Part shown: positions 9,681-20,756 of the stretch, in pieces
Layout of the letters: each line of letters begins with the position of its first letter
Position numbering within the stretch: the first letter of the stretch is position 1
DNA from: Nitrospirota bacterium
Lineage (GTDB): Bacteria > Nitrospirota > Nitrospiria > Nitrospirales > Nitrospiraceae
Length of the DNA: 64,000 bases
Direction: 5' to 3'
Assembly: GCA_963703955.1 (NCBI GenBank)
Contig: CAVPGK010000005.1
Coordinates: 1 to 64,000 of the forward strand
Position numbers and translations under genes: made by a program
The notes under the pieces: model-generated
What the model was told of the DNA's origin: nothing
The model's database searches: none
The model's input: only the letters and a program-made list of their open reading frames with translations

Positions 9681-10241
9681 TTATGAGTGTTGTACCGTCT
9701 CCACGGTGACCGACACCGGCACCGGATTCGACACGATGTCGAGCACCGGTGAGTACTTGCAGAGATCCTTCAGCGCATCGGCGGGCGCGTCTGTCTTGAT
9801 TGTGAGATTGACTCGGATGTTCTGGTAGCCTCTCCTCACACTGTCCGAGAGACCCAGAAAGCCGTGCAGATCGAGGTCCCCCTCGAGTTGAGATTCTACA
9901 GCCTCAATTGTGATCCCGCGTGCGGCTGCGTGATAGACGAGTGTTGTGGTCAGGCCCGCTGCCAACGCGTGCAAGACGAATTCCACGGGATTCGCCCCGT
10001 GATCCTCGCCCAGGAGCACTGGAGGCTCGTCCGCATCAAGGACGAAAGGCTTCATGCGCGTTGCGTCCTCTTGTCCGGCGCCGTAAAACTCTTTGATGCT
10101 CGTCCGATTGCGTCCGCCGGTCAGCCACGTATTGCGGGCGCGAAACTGGAATTTGGCGAGCCCCGGCCGAGCTTTAATGGCATCGATCGTCGACGACAGT
10201 TTGGTGACATTGACTCCGTTCACGTTGACATCCTTCATCAT
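9681..10241 (-). CDS. OsmC/Ohr-family protein
   Basis: NGVNV, ADEPPVLLGEDHGANPVE, EGDLDLHGFLG, SPV; AGGAGG RBS; the longer 10712 start overlaps another gene. Confidence 0.85.
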   Translation of the reverse strand: MMKDVNVNGVNVTKLSSTIDAIKARPGLAKFQFRARNTWLTGGRNRTSIKEFYGAGQEDATRMKPFVLDADEPPVLLGEDHGANPVEFVLHALAAGLTTTLVYHAAARGITIEAVESQLEGDLDLHGFLGLSDSVRRGYQNIRVNLTIKTDAPADALKDLCKYSPVLDIVSNPVPVSVTVETVQHS

Positions 10242-10387
10242 AGGGCATCCTCCTAGGTTGGTGTGGAGTAACGAACGAAACAACAAGTGATCCGCTTGAC
10301 GACACATGTTCTTCAACATGGTGCTCAGCTCGTCCCCGTCATTCGGCGCCGAATATCGGGACGGTCTTTCATCTGCAGACGCCACGG

Positions 10388-10786
10388 TCACCTCATGCCG
10401 CACGTGGCTCTCGCAGGAGCCAAGAAAAAGGTGCGACGCAACAGTCCCCATGAGAGGGGTTCTAGACGATTCCACGGCAGCAACGACAGCGAACGGGAGA
10501 GGAAACAATAGTCCACCAGCACTCTGGCGCTGGTCCCGATCAGTTGGACCCAATGAATCGCATGCAACGGCTCCCACAATCCCGCGAGCAGCAGGCCCAG
10601 ATACGCGATGCGAACCTGCACCGTCAGGGCGGTCACGTTCGATTCGCGTTGGGCGAAATGGACGGCCTGCACCCCGCAAAGCGCCATCGCCAGGTAGAGC
10701 CCCGGCCTCCACCCTGCCTCTTCAATGGCCAAGAGCAGGACTGTCACGAGCCAGTACCACCAGCCCATGTCTTGCTGCTTCTTCAT
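10388..10786 (-). CDS. Small integral membrane protein, first gene of the sigma54 operon
   Basis: About 4 hydrophobic segments, VQVR..Y and YC..SR.LSLLPWNR motifs; AAGGAG RBS. Confidence 0.75.
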   Translation of the reverse strand: MKKQQDMGWWYWLVTVLLLAIEEAGWRPGLYLAMALCGVQAVHFAQRESNVTALTVQVRIAYLGLLLAGLWEPLHAIHWVQLIGTSARVLVDYCFLSRSLSLLPWNRLEPLSWGLLRRTFFLAPARATCGMR

Positions 10787-10833
10787 TGGATATCTCCTTG
10801 TCTATTGATCAGCCCCACGTCGCTTGCGATACA

Positions 10834-10849
10834 AGCAGAGGTTGTGCCA
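10834..10849 (-). promoter_or_regulatory. Sigma54 -24/-12 promoter
   Basis: Minus strand TGGCACAACCTCTGCT (GG-N10-GC), 48 bp upstream of the 10786 start. Confidence 0.85.
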
Positions 10850-10917
10850 GTGCGCTTCCGTGCTCTCTTATTTAAGAATAAAGGGGAGTTACGAGGATTG
10901 ACGGGGATTCGGGCGTG

Positions 10918-10973
10918 TCCCGAAGTTTCGCAAGTCATGAGATTTCGCGAAGCGGAGTCGTGAGTTTTCACGA
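10918..10973. promoter_or_regulatory. Three palindromic UAS-like boxes (TCRTGA-N4-TCRCGA type)
   Basis: TCCCGAAGTTTCGCAA 10918, TCATGAGATTTCGCGA 10935, TCGTGAGTTTTCACGA 10958; all three recur in the 2853-3048 copy. Confidence 0.65.
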
Positions 10974-11016
10974 GAAGCTGGGCAGACGGCTGATGCAAAG
11001 AGATCCACCTGGAGAA

Positions 11017-12954
11017 CTAGCTACGGCGAGTGATGCCGAGCGCCTTCATGCGCGAGCTTAAGGTCGAAGGGTTCATACCCAGGAGACGAGCGGCGCCGTT
11101 GTCGCCGGCCACCCGCCACCCGGTCGATTCCAGAGCACGGAGCAGATTCTCGCGTTCCAAGGCCTCCAGTTCGTGGATGGTTCGAATACGCGAGGTCTTC
11201 TCGTCGGGCGGCACAGCGGCTTCGGTCGTGGTGAGTCGGACCGTTTCCGGAAGCGCCCGGTCCAGATTGATCCGGCCATCTCGAGAGGTGATCACCGCCC
11301 GTTCGATAACATTCTCGAGCTCGCGCACGTTGCCGGGCCAACTGTAGGCGCGTAACCGCCGGATGCATTCCTCCGAGAGAGGCTCGATCCGGCGCCCCAG
11401 TTGTTGTGCAAATTTTTGCACAAAGGTGCTGGCCAGCAGCGGGATATCTTGACTGCGTGCTCGTAGCGGCGGCACGTCGATGGGAAAGACATTGAGGCGG
11501 TAATACAGATCTTCTCGGAACCTTCCTTCCTGCGCGGCCTGACGGCGATCGCGATTTGTGGCGGCGATCACGCGCACGTCCACCTTCCGCGTCTTGGAGC
11601 TACCCACCGGTTCGAATTCGCCATCCTGGAGGACACGCAGTAACTTCGACTGGAGGTCGAGCGGCAGTTCGCCGACCTCGTCCAGAAAGATCGACCCACC
11701 GTCCGCGAGCGTGAATCGCCCATCACGTTTTGCCGTGGCCCCCGTGAACGCGCCTTTCTCATGGCCAAAAAATTCGCTCTCGATCAGGGTCGCGGGGATC
11801 GCGGCGCAGTTGACCTTGACAAGCGGCTTGTCGCGTCGCCGGCTCGCAGCATGAATCGCCCGTGCCAGGAGTTCCTTCCCAGTGCCGGTTTCGCCGAGGA
11901 TGAGCGCGGTGGCGTCTGTCTCCGCCACCTGTGTAATATCGCGCAAGACCCGCACGATCGGCTCGCTGCGCCCAACGATCGTATCGAAATTGTGGAGCGA
12001 CTTGATCTCCTCGCGGAGATACTCGGCCTCATTGGTCAGCGACTGAATCTTCTGCTCGGCTTCGAGCCGGTCATTGACGTTCCGGAGAATCAGCGTGTAG
12101 AAGCGTTGGCGATGCATCTCGAACCCCGACAAAGTCGCTTCTGCGGGAAACTCCCTTCCACCGGGACACCTGGCCTTCAACCCCCCGGGAATCCATAGAT
12201 ACCGCCGCCCTTCCGGCCGACTATTAAGCTCTTGGATCAACGCTTCGAGCTTGGCTCGTCCCTCCTCTGCGAGAAACTTGGTGAACTCCTGCCCCACGAC
12301 CTGGTCCGTTTCGCATCCCAACACTTTTTGCACGGCGGAGTTGATCCGGGTCACCCGGAGGGTCTGGTCCAGCTCGATGATCGCGTCCATGGCGCTGTCC
12401 ACGAGGCGGCCGAGCTTTTCCTCACGCTCGCGCACCTCTCGCTCCGCCCGAAGCCGCTGCAGCTCGGCCGCCGCACGCGCGGCGAAAATGCGAAAGAGCG
12501 TGAGTGCGCGGGGCTCCTCAGGCATCGGCCGCCGGTCGATGACCGCCACGTGGCCGAGAATTTTCCCGTCCACATCCAACAAGGGCGCACCCATGTAACT
12601 GACAACGCCATTCTGTTTGATCTCCGGGTCGCCGGGGTACAGCTCCAAGACGTTCTCGGGGATGTGAACAAGTCGGGTTTGTGTAATGACCTGCTCACAC
12701 GGCGTGCCGCTGATGTCAATCTCATAGCCGTGGACCCATTGCCCGCCCATCCAGAAGGCAAGCGCCCGAAGCCGGCGGGATTCTTCGAGGTATTCGGTCA
12801 CCCAGGCAGCGTGCGTATTTAGCGCCTTGGCAAGATTCTGAACAAGCGACTGGAAGAACCGTTCTCCGGTCTCGCTAGCCGTGCCTTCAAAGATCGTTCG
12901 CAGGGCCGCGTCCTCGTCGAGGTCACGCAATGGAAGCGCATTCTCTGTCGTCAT
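11017..12954 (-). CDS. Sigma54-dependent enhancer-binding protein, GAF-PAS-AAA+-Fis HTH
   Basis: [45 protein letters not shown]-terminal HTH. Confidence 0.95.
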   Translation of the reverse strand: MTTENALPLRDLDEDAALRTIFEGTASETGERFFQSLVQNLAKALNTHAAWVTEYLEESRRLRALAFWMGGQWVHGYEIDISGTPCEQVITQTRLVHIPENVLELYPGDPEIKQNGVVSYMGAPLLDVDGKILGHVAVIDRRPMPEEPRALTLFRIFAARAAAELQRLRAEREVREREEKLGRLVDSAMDAIIELDQTLRVTRINSAVQKVLGCETDQVVGQEFTKFLAEEGRAKLEALIQELNSRPEGRRYLWIPGGLKARCPGGREFPAEATLSGFEMHRQRFYTLILRNVNDRLEAEQKIQSLTNEAEYLREEIKSLHNFDTIVGRSEPIVRVLRDITQVAETDATALILGETGTGKELLARAIHAASRRRDKPLVKVNCAAIPATLIESEFFGHEKGAFTGATAKRDGRFTLADGGSIFLDEVGELPLDLQSKLLRVLQDGEFEPVGSSKTRKVDVRVIAATNRDRRQAAQEGRFREDLYYRLNVFPIDVPPLRARSQDIPLLASTFVQKFAQQLGRRIEPLSEECIRRLRAYSWPGNVRELENVIERAVITSRDGRINLDRALPETVRLTTTEAAVPPDEKTSRIRTIHELEALERENLLRALESTGWRVAGDNGAARLLGMNPSTLSSRMKALGITRRS

Positions 12955-13466
12955 GCAAGACTCCGGTTGTCCGTACGTTCGGTCGGCCTAATAGTATCTT
13001 CATATTCGGTAATCAAGGCAAGCCCTTGTTCAGATAATGAGAGGCGAACTCAGTGGATGTTGGAGTTCCATCTCGTTTGGAGTGAAGTAGTCATGCTTCA
13101 ACCTATGCATCATCCAGTCGCTCAAGGAGTTGCTCAAGGGCACAAGGTGCAGGGATCATGAGGAACCTCGTTCATCCGGCAAGCACAACTGATTGACATC
13201 GCTGCGCACTCCAGTTAGTTTCCGCCACCGACCGGTTGGGAAGGTAGTTAGGTTTCGCGTCGCCCTTTAAAATGGGCACTTGGACATTCGTCCTAGAAGA
13301 AAGACGCAACCATGGAAGCGAGCCTTCATCAGCGACCGACGAGAGGATGCCCCAGTAGTCGCTGGGGGGCTTGATGAGCGACTAGGATACGATAAAGCAA
13401 CCGTTATGCTCGTGATCATTGGACCTGGTTGAGGAGCAATTCGAGGAGCAAGGAGAAAGCGTTGCT

Positions 13467-14288
13467 ATGGGCCACTTCACCGACAAAGTCGCCATCGTGA
13501 CCGGCGCAGCATCCGGCATAGGTAAAGCGGTTGCCATTGAACTTGCGCGGAATGGTGCTGTCGTGATTGCCGCCGACATTGATTCACTGGGCGTCGCGCA
13601 AACCGTAGAGTTCGTCAAACGAAAGGGCGCGAGCGCAGAAGCGGCGCACGTGGATGTGGCTCGTGGTCGTGATGTCGAAACCCTGGTCGAGAACACCGTG
13701 GCCAACCGAGGCCACCTCGATTACATCTTCAACATTGCCGGCGTCGCTGTCATGGGCGAAGTTCGGGACCTATCGCTGGACCACTGGCGAAGAATCGTGG
13801 ATGTCAACATGATGGGGGTGGTTCACGGGGCGACGGCGGCCTATCGGGTGATGCTCAAACAAGGGAGCGGGCATATCGTCAATATGGCCTCCTTGGCGGG
13901 TCTGGTTGGCTATCCGACCATGTCCGCGTATGCGACGACGAAAGCGGCCGTCGTGGCCTTCTCGACCAATCTCCGCGCGGAAGCTGAAGCGTTTGGCATC
14001 AGAGTCACCGCGCTGTGTCCAGGTTTTGTAGACTCAGGCATCTACGAGAATGCCATCATCGTGAACGTGGCGCGAGAACACGTGCGAAAATTAGTTCCCT
14101 CCAAATTGATGGATACCCAAAACGCGGCGCGCGAGATTGTAGACGGTGTTCTTCGCGATCAAGCTGTGGTTGTGTTTCCGAGATCTGCGCGCTTGCTGTG
14201 GTTGCTTGCGCGGCATGCCCCGAATACCGTTGCTGCCTTCCATCGTAAGACTGTGAGAGCTTTTCGTGTCGCTCGGATTGGTCCTTAG
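13467..14288 (+). CDS. Short-chain dehydrogenase/reductase
   Basis: TGAASGIG, FNIAG, S..YATTK catalytic residues, CPGFV. Confidence 0.92.
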   Translation: MGHFTDKVAIVTGAASGIGKAVAIELARNGAVVIAADIDSLGVAQTVEFVKRKGASAEAAHVDVARGRDVETLVENTVANRGHLDYIFNIAGVAVMGEVRDLSLDHWRRIVDVNMMGVVHGATAAYRVMLKQGSGHIVNMASLAGLVGYPTMSAYATTKAAVVAFSTNLRAEAEAFGIRVTALCPGFVDSGIYENAIIVNVAREHVRKLVPSKLMDTQNAAREIVDGVLRDQAVVVFPRSARLLWLLARHAPNTVAAFHRKTVRAFRVARIGP

Positions 14289-14526
14289 GACCAGCGAGTG
14301 AATCCGATGAAAAAAGAATAGCGGAAATACAAAGTCCGAACAGAGTTCCTACAGTCTGAGAAGTTGATCGAGGACTATGCCGATGAGGTCAGACGTATGG
14401 CAACAGGACTCGGAAGCCATGCTGGTTGAATTCTATTAGGTCGAACACGTGAAGGGTCCCGGTCACCATGCCAGACACAAAACCACTCCTTGAATAGCCA
14501 GCCACTTTGCCCTCAACGGCTCCTGC

Positions 14527-14696
14527 TGTATCTAACTAGATAACCGAGAGTATGCAATTCGATACACTTCAGGCAGGCGCATGTTCGTCGATTCTTGCCT
14601 CGTATCGCTCCACTGAGAATTTTCATATACGAATCAATCCGTTGAACGGTTCATGACCATACAAGCCACCAGCTGCCAAGAGGCATTGCGATTGCT
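14527..14696 (+). promoter_or_regulatory. Sigma54 promoter cassette 1 (tandem UAS, IHF, -24/-12)
   Basis: UAS 14527-14566; IHF AATCAATCCGTTG 14632-14644; AGGCATTGCGATTGCT 14681-14696. Confidence 0.85.
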
Positions 14697-14742
14697 CTGT
14701 TTAAAGGCAACGGCACCCAAAAGCCACTGCAGGAGGTGGAAT

Positions 14743-14919
14743 ATGGACTGGGCGATCGTGACATGGATGATTCTCATTGGGATGGTCGGATTGTTGTGGG
14801 TAATGGCGATGGCGGTGATTCACGACGACGGACACGGCAGCCGCGAAGTTCCCGTGGAGAAGCCGGAGTCGGACAGGTCGGTCGACAACGTGGAGGCGCA
14901 TCGGCACAACGCGGCCTAG
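14743..14919 (+). CDS. 58-aa single-TM small protein ending in -AA
   Basis: AGGAGG RBS, N-terminal hydrophobic helix, directly after cassette 1. Confidence 0.75.
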   Translation: MDWAIVTWMILIGMVGLLWVMAMAVIHDDGHGSREVPVEKPESDRSVDNVEAHRHNAA

Positions 14920-14969
14920 CAACTGTCCGCCCTAAATAGCCCTAAACCTGTAGATACAAGGAGTGACCC

Positions 14970-15380
14970 GTGGAAACCGCACTGTCGTCTCCAACCTCGA
15001 TACATCCCGGAGAGAATGCTGCCCCTGCCTCAACGGGAGTCTGTCGTTCGGCCAAGCAGCGCGACTGGCAACCCGAAGAAGAGGCTCAGCCGGCTCAGAT
15101 CCTGACCGCTTTCCCGCTCACTACCGAGAAATGCCCTCAGCCCTCTGTCCTCAGGCGGAAACGCCTGACGGTCTACCTGCCGGTGACCCTGTTGGAACAG
15201 TTGCGTAACACGGTGTTTTGGACCCGAGGAGCCACGGTGGCCGGCCTTCTTGAAGCGGCGCTCAGAGAATCCCTTGACCAACGGGAGCATCTGCGTGGTG
15301 GGCCATTTCCGAGGCGGTTGGCAGAGCTCAAGGGAGGACGGCCCAGACGTCGCCAACCTGATCCTCTCCCGGAAGGGTAA
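14970..15380 (+). CDS. Ribbon-helix-helix (CopG-like) DNA-binding protein
   Basis: KRLTVYLPVTLLEQLRN..TVAGLLEAALRESL; AAGGAG RBS before GTG. Confidence 0.7.
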   Translation: METALSSPTSIHPGENAAPASTGVCRSAKQRDWQPEEEAQPAQILTAFPLTTEKCPQPSVLRRKRLTVYLPVTLLEQLRNTVFWTRGATVAGLLEAALRESLDQREHLRGGPFPRRLAELKGGRPRRRQPDPLPEG

Positions 15381-15649
15381 AAACCACACTGGTAGGTGGT
15401 TGCACTCAATCGCACACCGGAGGTATGTACTCTACACAGTTACTCTTGAACGGGAAGGAAACGATATCAGCGCCTCCTAACCACATTTGGCACAATTTCG
15501 GACGTTGTGACGCTAACTTGTAGATAAACGACTATCAAGGATGGTCTCCTGCTGGCCTTCAAGCTAATATGGTGTCAGATGGGAGACCTCCTTTATCACT
15601 ATCCACTCGAACCCACCCCAAGGCTTTTCCTTCTCCAGCGCACGCGCTG

Positions 15650-15920
15650 CGGAAAGAACTTGTTTTATCGAAACAGCTTCTGTGTTCAGGGACCCGATGA
15701 GGGCGAATGTTAGGGAGTGCTTAGAGGACAGAGCAAAAAAGATTTTCTCGGCACGAGTCAATTGCTACAAGGAAGGGCAAGTGAAACACATTCCTCGCTG
15801 AGATTGTTGCATGAATCGAGAGCGCCGATCATACCGGAGATCGACGAACTTCTGAACAAATATCGGGAAATATTGACAGTGCTGAACGGCATGATTCTGA
15901 CAACTCGTCGGAAGTTGGGG
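15650..15920 (+). pseudogene. Degenerate four-helix-bundle (IVS-type) gene
   Basis: Pieces across frames, KELVLSKQLLCSGT / RANVRE / QSKKDFL / ASETHSSLRLL, match the family pattern SKQLLRSGTSIGAN..QSKKDF..EA.ET.YWL.LL. Confidence 0.65.
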
Positions 15921-15941
15921 TCTAGAACCTCCAATTCGTCA

Positions 15942-16028
15942 ATCAGCACTCATCATTCAGAACCCAACACTCTTGACCCGCAACGTAGTATTCTCACCTC
16001 AGAACTCGACACTCAGCACTCAAAACTC
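15942..16028 (+). repeat. Degenerate heptamer array (ACTCAGC-like)
   Basis: tcagcac tcatcat tcagaac ... actcgac actcagc actcaaa actc. Confidence 0.6.
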
Positions 16029-16051
16029 CCAAGGAGGGGTTGGAGGCCGTC

Positions 16052-19000
16052 ATGAGCACCGAGCCCGTGGCAAGCGACACGAAAGTGCTGATCGTGGACG
16101 ATGATCTCGACATCAGCCAGGCCTTGGCCGACCTGTTGGAGCATGAGGGCTATCGGGTGCGGGTCGCCGTGAACGGAGCGGAGGCGTTGGAAAAAGCCAA
16201 GCAGGGTCGTTACGGGGCCGTCCTCTTGGATCTGGGCCTGCCCGATATGGACGGTCTCGAATTGCTGAAGTCGCTGCAGGAAGTGGACGCGACACTTCCG
16301 ATCATCGTGCTGACCGCCTACACCACGGCGGAGAAGACCGTCGGGGCCCTCAGCAAGGGCGCCTTTGCGTTCATGACTAAACCCTACAATCGGGATCAAC
16401 TCAAGGCGACGCTGAGCCGGGCGGTCGGGGTGAAAGCCTTGGCCACTCGAGCGGAAACCGTCGAAAGCGCCTTGACGGTGAGTGAAGATCGGTTTCGCTC
16501 GGTGGTGCAGTCCGCCAGCGATGCGATCGTGCTGGCCAATGCGCAGGGCCAGGTCATCTCCTGGAACAAGGCCGCCGAACGGCTCTTTAGGTATGGCGAG
16601 ACGGAGGTGTTGGGCAAAGCACTGACCACCCTGATGCCGGCTCGGTACCGTCAGGCGCATCAACGTGGGCTGGAGCGAGTCCGCGCCACGGGGCAGTCGC
16701 AGGTGATCGGTCAGACGCTGCAGATGGAGGGCATGCGAAAAGACGGATCAGAATTCCCGATTGAACTCTCCCTCGCGACCTGGAAGACGCACACGGAGAC
16801 CTATTACTGCGGCATCATCCGTGACGTGACCGAACGACGGCGGACGGAAGCGGCGCTGCAAGCCAGTGAGGAACGATATCGCGCCCTGTTTGAAGACAAT
16901 CCGTCCATGTACTTCATGGTGGACCATACCGCGAGGATCCTGTCGGTCAATCGATTCGGGGCCGAGCAACTCGGCTACACCGTGACGGAGTTGGTCGGTC
17001 GACCGCTGCTGAACGTCTTCTATGAAGCCGATCGGGAGGCGGTCACTCGGAATTTCAAAGCCTGCCTCGCCCGGGTCGGCCACACGATGAACTGGGAATT
17101 TCGCAAGGTCCACAAGGACGGTAGTCTGCTCCGCGTGCGCGAAGCGGCCAGGGCCGTCGGTACCGCTGGAAAGAACCCGGTGGTCTTGATCGTGTGCGAG
17201 GATATCACCGAGCAAAAGCGGGCCGAGGAGGCGTTGCAACTAGTGGTGGAGGGGACCTCCTCGCTGATGGGCCGGGAGTTCTTCCGGTCGCTGGTCCGCC
17301 AACTCGCCACCGCGCTCGACGTCAGGTACGCGCTGGCCACCATGTGCAAGGGTTCGCCCGCCACAAAGGTGCAGACCCTCTCGGTCTGGATGGGCGACAC
17401 CTTTGCCGACAACTTCGACTATGACTTGGAGGGGACGCCATGCCACGGCGTGGTCGGCGGGGAGCCGGCATACTACGCCAAAGACATTCAGCAACTCTTT
17501 CCCCGAGATGAGGTCCTCGGGAAGATGCGCGCGGAGAGCTACCTGGGCATCCCGTTCGTCAACTCAACGGGAGTCGTGATCGGTCATCTGGCCGTCATGG
17601 ACGACAAGCCGATGGGAGATGAAGACCGCAAGAAAGCGATCCTCAGAATCTTCGCCGCGCGGGCCGGTGCAGAATTGGAGAGAATGCAGACGGAGGTCGC
17701 TTTGCGCGCCAGCGAGGAGCGGCTGGATCTGGCGGTGCGAGGTTCGAATGACGGCCTGTGGGATGTACGGCCCTTGCAGACCGAGCCGTGGTCTTCCCCG
17801 AAAACCCCGACCTGGTATTCCCCACGCTTCAAAGAGATGCTGGGCTTCGCCCCGGAAGAATTTCCCGATGTGCTCGAAAGTTGGCTCTTGCAGCTGCATC
17901 CCGACGACAAGGATCGGGTGTTCGCGGCACTGACCGCGCATATCGACCACAAGGCCCCCTATGACGTGGAATACCGGTTACGGACGAAGGAAGGTGAATA
18001 CCAGTGGTTTCGAGCGAGAGGGCAGGCGATCTGGAGCGAGGGGGGGCAATTTGTTCGGATGGCCGGCTCATTGCAGTGCATCAACGATCGAAAGCGGGTG
18101 GAGGAGGCACTGCGGGAGCAATTGCGCCTGGCCACCTTCGGCTCCGAGCTGGGCGTTGTGTTGACGCGGCGCCGGACCCTGCGCGACATGCTCGGCCTCT
18201 GCACGGAAGCCATGGTGCACCATCTCGGTGCGGCGTTCGCCCGGGTGTGGCTGTTGAATCAAGAGGGGACCGGTCTGGAGTTACAGGCCAGCTCGGGAAT
18301 GTACACCCATCTCGATGGACCCCATAGTCGCGTGCCGGTCGGCTCCCTTAAGATCGGCCGGATTGCCCAGACGCGTCGGCCTCATCTGACCAACGATGTC
18401 CTCCACGATCAACAGATCAGTGATCCGGAGTGGGCCAGACGCGAAGGTATAGTGGCCTTCGCGGGCCATCCGCTGATGGTGGAAGACCGGTTGGTCGGGG
18501 TGGTGGCGATGTTTGCCCGCCAAGCTTTGACCGACTATACGATCAAGGCGTTGGCGGCAGCCGCCAATGCCATCGCGGGGGGGATTGAACGCAAGCAGGC
18601 CGAGGAAGCGCTCGCCCGACTCAGTCACCAGCACAATTTGATCCTCAATTCGGCCGGCGAGGGAATCTTCGGAGTGGACCGTCATGGCCATACGACCTTC
18701 GTCAACGAAGCCGGCGCCCGCATGCTCGGATGGGAGGCGAATGAATTGATCGGCAATTCGATGCATTCCTTCATCCACCATTCAAAGCCGGACGGGTCAT
18801 CATATCCCGATGAGCAGTGCCCAATTTACGCCGCGTTCCGGGACGGCAGCGTGCATGCGGTCTACAACGAAGTGTTCTGGAAAAAGGACGGCACGAGTTT
18901 TCCGGTCGAATACCTCAGCACGCCCATTCGCGAGCACGGTGAGCTGGCGGGCGCGGTCATCATCTTCAAGGACCTCTCCGATCGGAAACTCACAGAGGAG

Positions 19001-19391
19001 GCGCTCCGGGAGAGCGAGGAACTGCTCCGCGAGGTGACGGAAAATATCAAGGAGGTCTTCTGGATCAGCGACCCGGAAAAGAACGAGGATCCTCTACATC
19101 AGTCCCGCGTATGAAGAGATTTGGGGACGTAGCTGCCACAGCCTCCGGGCGTCGCCGCGTTCATGGCTTGATGCGATCCATCCCGATGACCGCGCCCGCG
19201 TGCTGGACGCCGCGCTGACCAAACAGGTGAGCGGCCGCTACAATGAAGAATATCGTATCGTCCGACCCGACGGGTCCATCCGATGGATTCATGATCGCGC
19301 GTTTCCTGTGCGAGACGCGTCAGGGAGAGTCTATCGCATCGCCGGGATTGCCGAAGACATGACGAGTCGAAAACAGGACAACCAGTCATGA
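16052..19391 (+). CDS. REC-PAS-PAS-GAF-PAS-GAF-PAS-PAS protein with no output domain; +1 frameshift near 19087
   Basis: REC (VDDD, LDLGLPDMDG, KP), repeated PAS/PAC and two GAFs; removing one G in GAGGATC gives NEILYISPAYEEIWG, running to TGA 19389-19391, which overlaps the next ATG. Confidence 0.85.
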
Positions 19392-20455
19392 AGCAATCTT
19401 GCTATGGCCTGCTTCGGGCCGGACGGTGGGGCCAGATCTTCGAGTCGTATTTGAGCCGCGCGGCGGATTTCCGTGGGGACCGCAGAGAGTTGTCATCTGT
19501 GACGGACAAGGCCGTACAGCCATCGTTTGCACGAACCGCAGTCTGGTTAGGATGGCTCGTCGCTGTCATCTGGATGATCGGGCCCGCCCTTCCCGCGTCC
19601 CTGCACGCCCGTGAGATCGCCGTGCTCAAGTCTGCCGATATCGCGGCATACAATCAAGCCGTGGCCGGTCTGAAGAGCGAACTGCCGGAATCGACCACCC
19701 TCAGCGAATACAACATGGATGGCGATGCGGAGCGGGGCCGGAAGCTCGCACGAGATATTCGTGCGTCCGAAGCAAGTGTTGTTGTCGCAGTCGGATTGAA
19801 AGCCGCCTTGGCTGCCAAGCTGGAGATTGTCGCTATGCCTGTCATCTATTGCATGGTGCTCGATCCGGCCAAGCATGAACTGCAGGCGCCAAACCTCACC
19901 GGCATCAGCCTGCAGATTCCGGTCGAGCGGCAGTTCGCCACTATGTCCTCGGTCCTCCCGAACCTGAAACATGTCGGCGTCCTCTATGACCCTGAGAAAA
20001 CCGGCCCATTGATCGCAGAGGCGCGCCGTGTGGCTAAGGGGCTGGGCCTCAACCTGGTCGAGCGCCAGGTCTCTTCTGAAAAAGACTTTCCGGCTGCACT
20101 TCGTGGAATGATCTCGGACACGGAAGTGTTGTGGTTGGTGCCGGACAGCACAATTCTAACCGAAGAGTCGCTTCGATTCGTGCTGGCGACGGCCTTGGAT
20201 CACAATGTTCCAGTCGTCGGGTTCTCCTCTGAATTTGTCCGCAACGGCGCGCTCATTGGCCTTTCCCTTAATGCTGAAGATATCGGGCGGCAGACGGCCG
20301 GTATTGCTAAGAAAATTCTCAAAGGGCAGTCCGCCATCTCTCTTGTGCCTGCGCCACCCAGCCGAATTCGATTTTCCCTGAATCTAAAGACCGCCAAATT
20401 CCTCGGGCTTTTTATTTCACCGGAGGTCGTCAGTCGTGCGGACGAATTGTACTAG
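19388..20455 (+). CDS. ABC-type substrate-binding protein, probable periplasmic sensor partner
   Basis: IAVLKS..AY, VAVG..A, PVIYCMVLDP, VGVLYDP, LWLVPDST, LNLKTA; no permease or ATPase adjacent; true start may be downstream. Confidence 0.85.
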   Translation: MKQSCYGLLRAGRWGQIFESYLSRAADFRGDRRELSSVTDKAVQPSFARTAVWLGWLVAVIWMIGPALPASLHAREIAVLKSADIAAYNQAVAGLKSELPESTTLSEYNMDGDAERGRKLARDIRASEASVVVAVGLKAALAAKLEIVAMPVIYCMVLDPAKHELQAPNLTGISLQIPVERQFATMSSVLPNLKHVGVLYDPEKTGPLIAEARRVAKGLGLNLVERQVSSEKDFPAALRGMISDTEVLWLVPDSTILTEESLRFVLATALDHNVPVVGFSSEFVRNGALIGLSLNAEDIGRQTAGIAKKILKGQSAISLVPAPPSRIRFSLNLKTAKFLGLFISPEVVSRADELY

Positions 20456-20756
20456 GAGGATACGAAAAAAGGCCACCAACTGTTTTGCTGCCGTTCTACC
20501 GTGCAGGGTGTGCATTTTATGATGCGCGAATGGCCCGGCCATGAGCTACTTCGTTCTCAGCCGTTTGGACGCCTCAACGATCCACCTGTCCGCCTCGGAG
20601 CCAACTCCCTGCGGTTTTTGCTGGATGATCTTTTTGAGCATCCTCTTAAGAGAAATCCCAGAAGCATTGGTGTATATGACAGGACATTCAGTTCGTTCTG
20701 GTGCGTTCAGGAGTTCCACGGGCTCAACGGTTCCTTACTAAGCCAGTGAGACTTCT

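Noticed and set aside
9681..10712. 343-aa OsmC fusion
   Set aside because: The extension overlaps the 10388-10786 gene; a strong RBS supports the 10241 start
15488..15503. TGGCACAATTTCGGAC as a fourth sigma54 promoter
   Set aside because: GA rather than GC at -12, and no matching UAS or IHF site
20501..20749. Small ORFs between the binding protein and the kinase
   Set aside because: No clear RBS or motif in either frame
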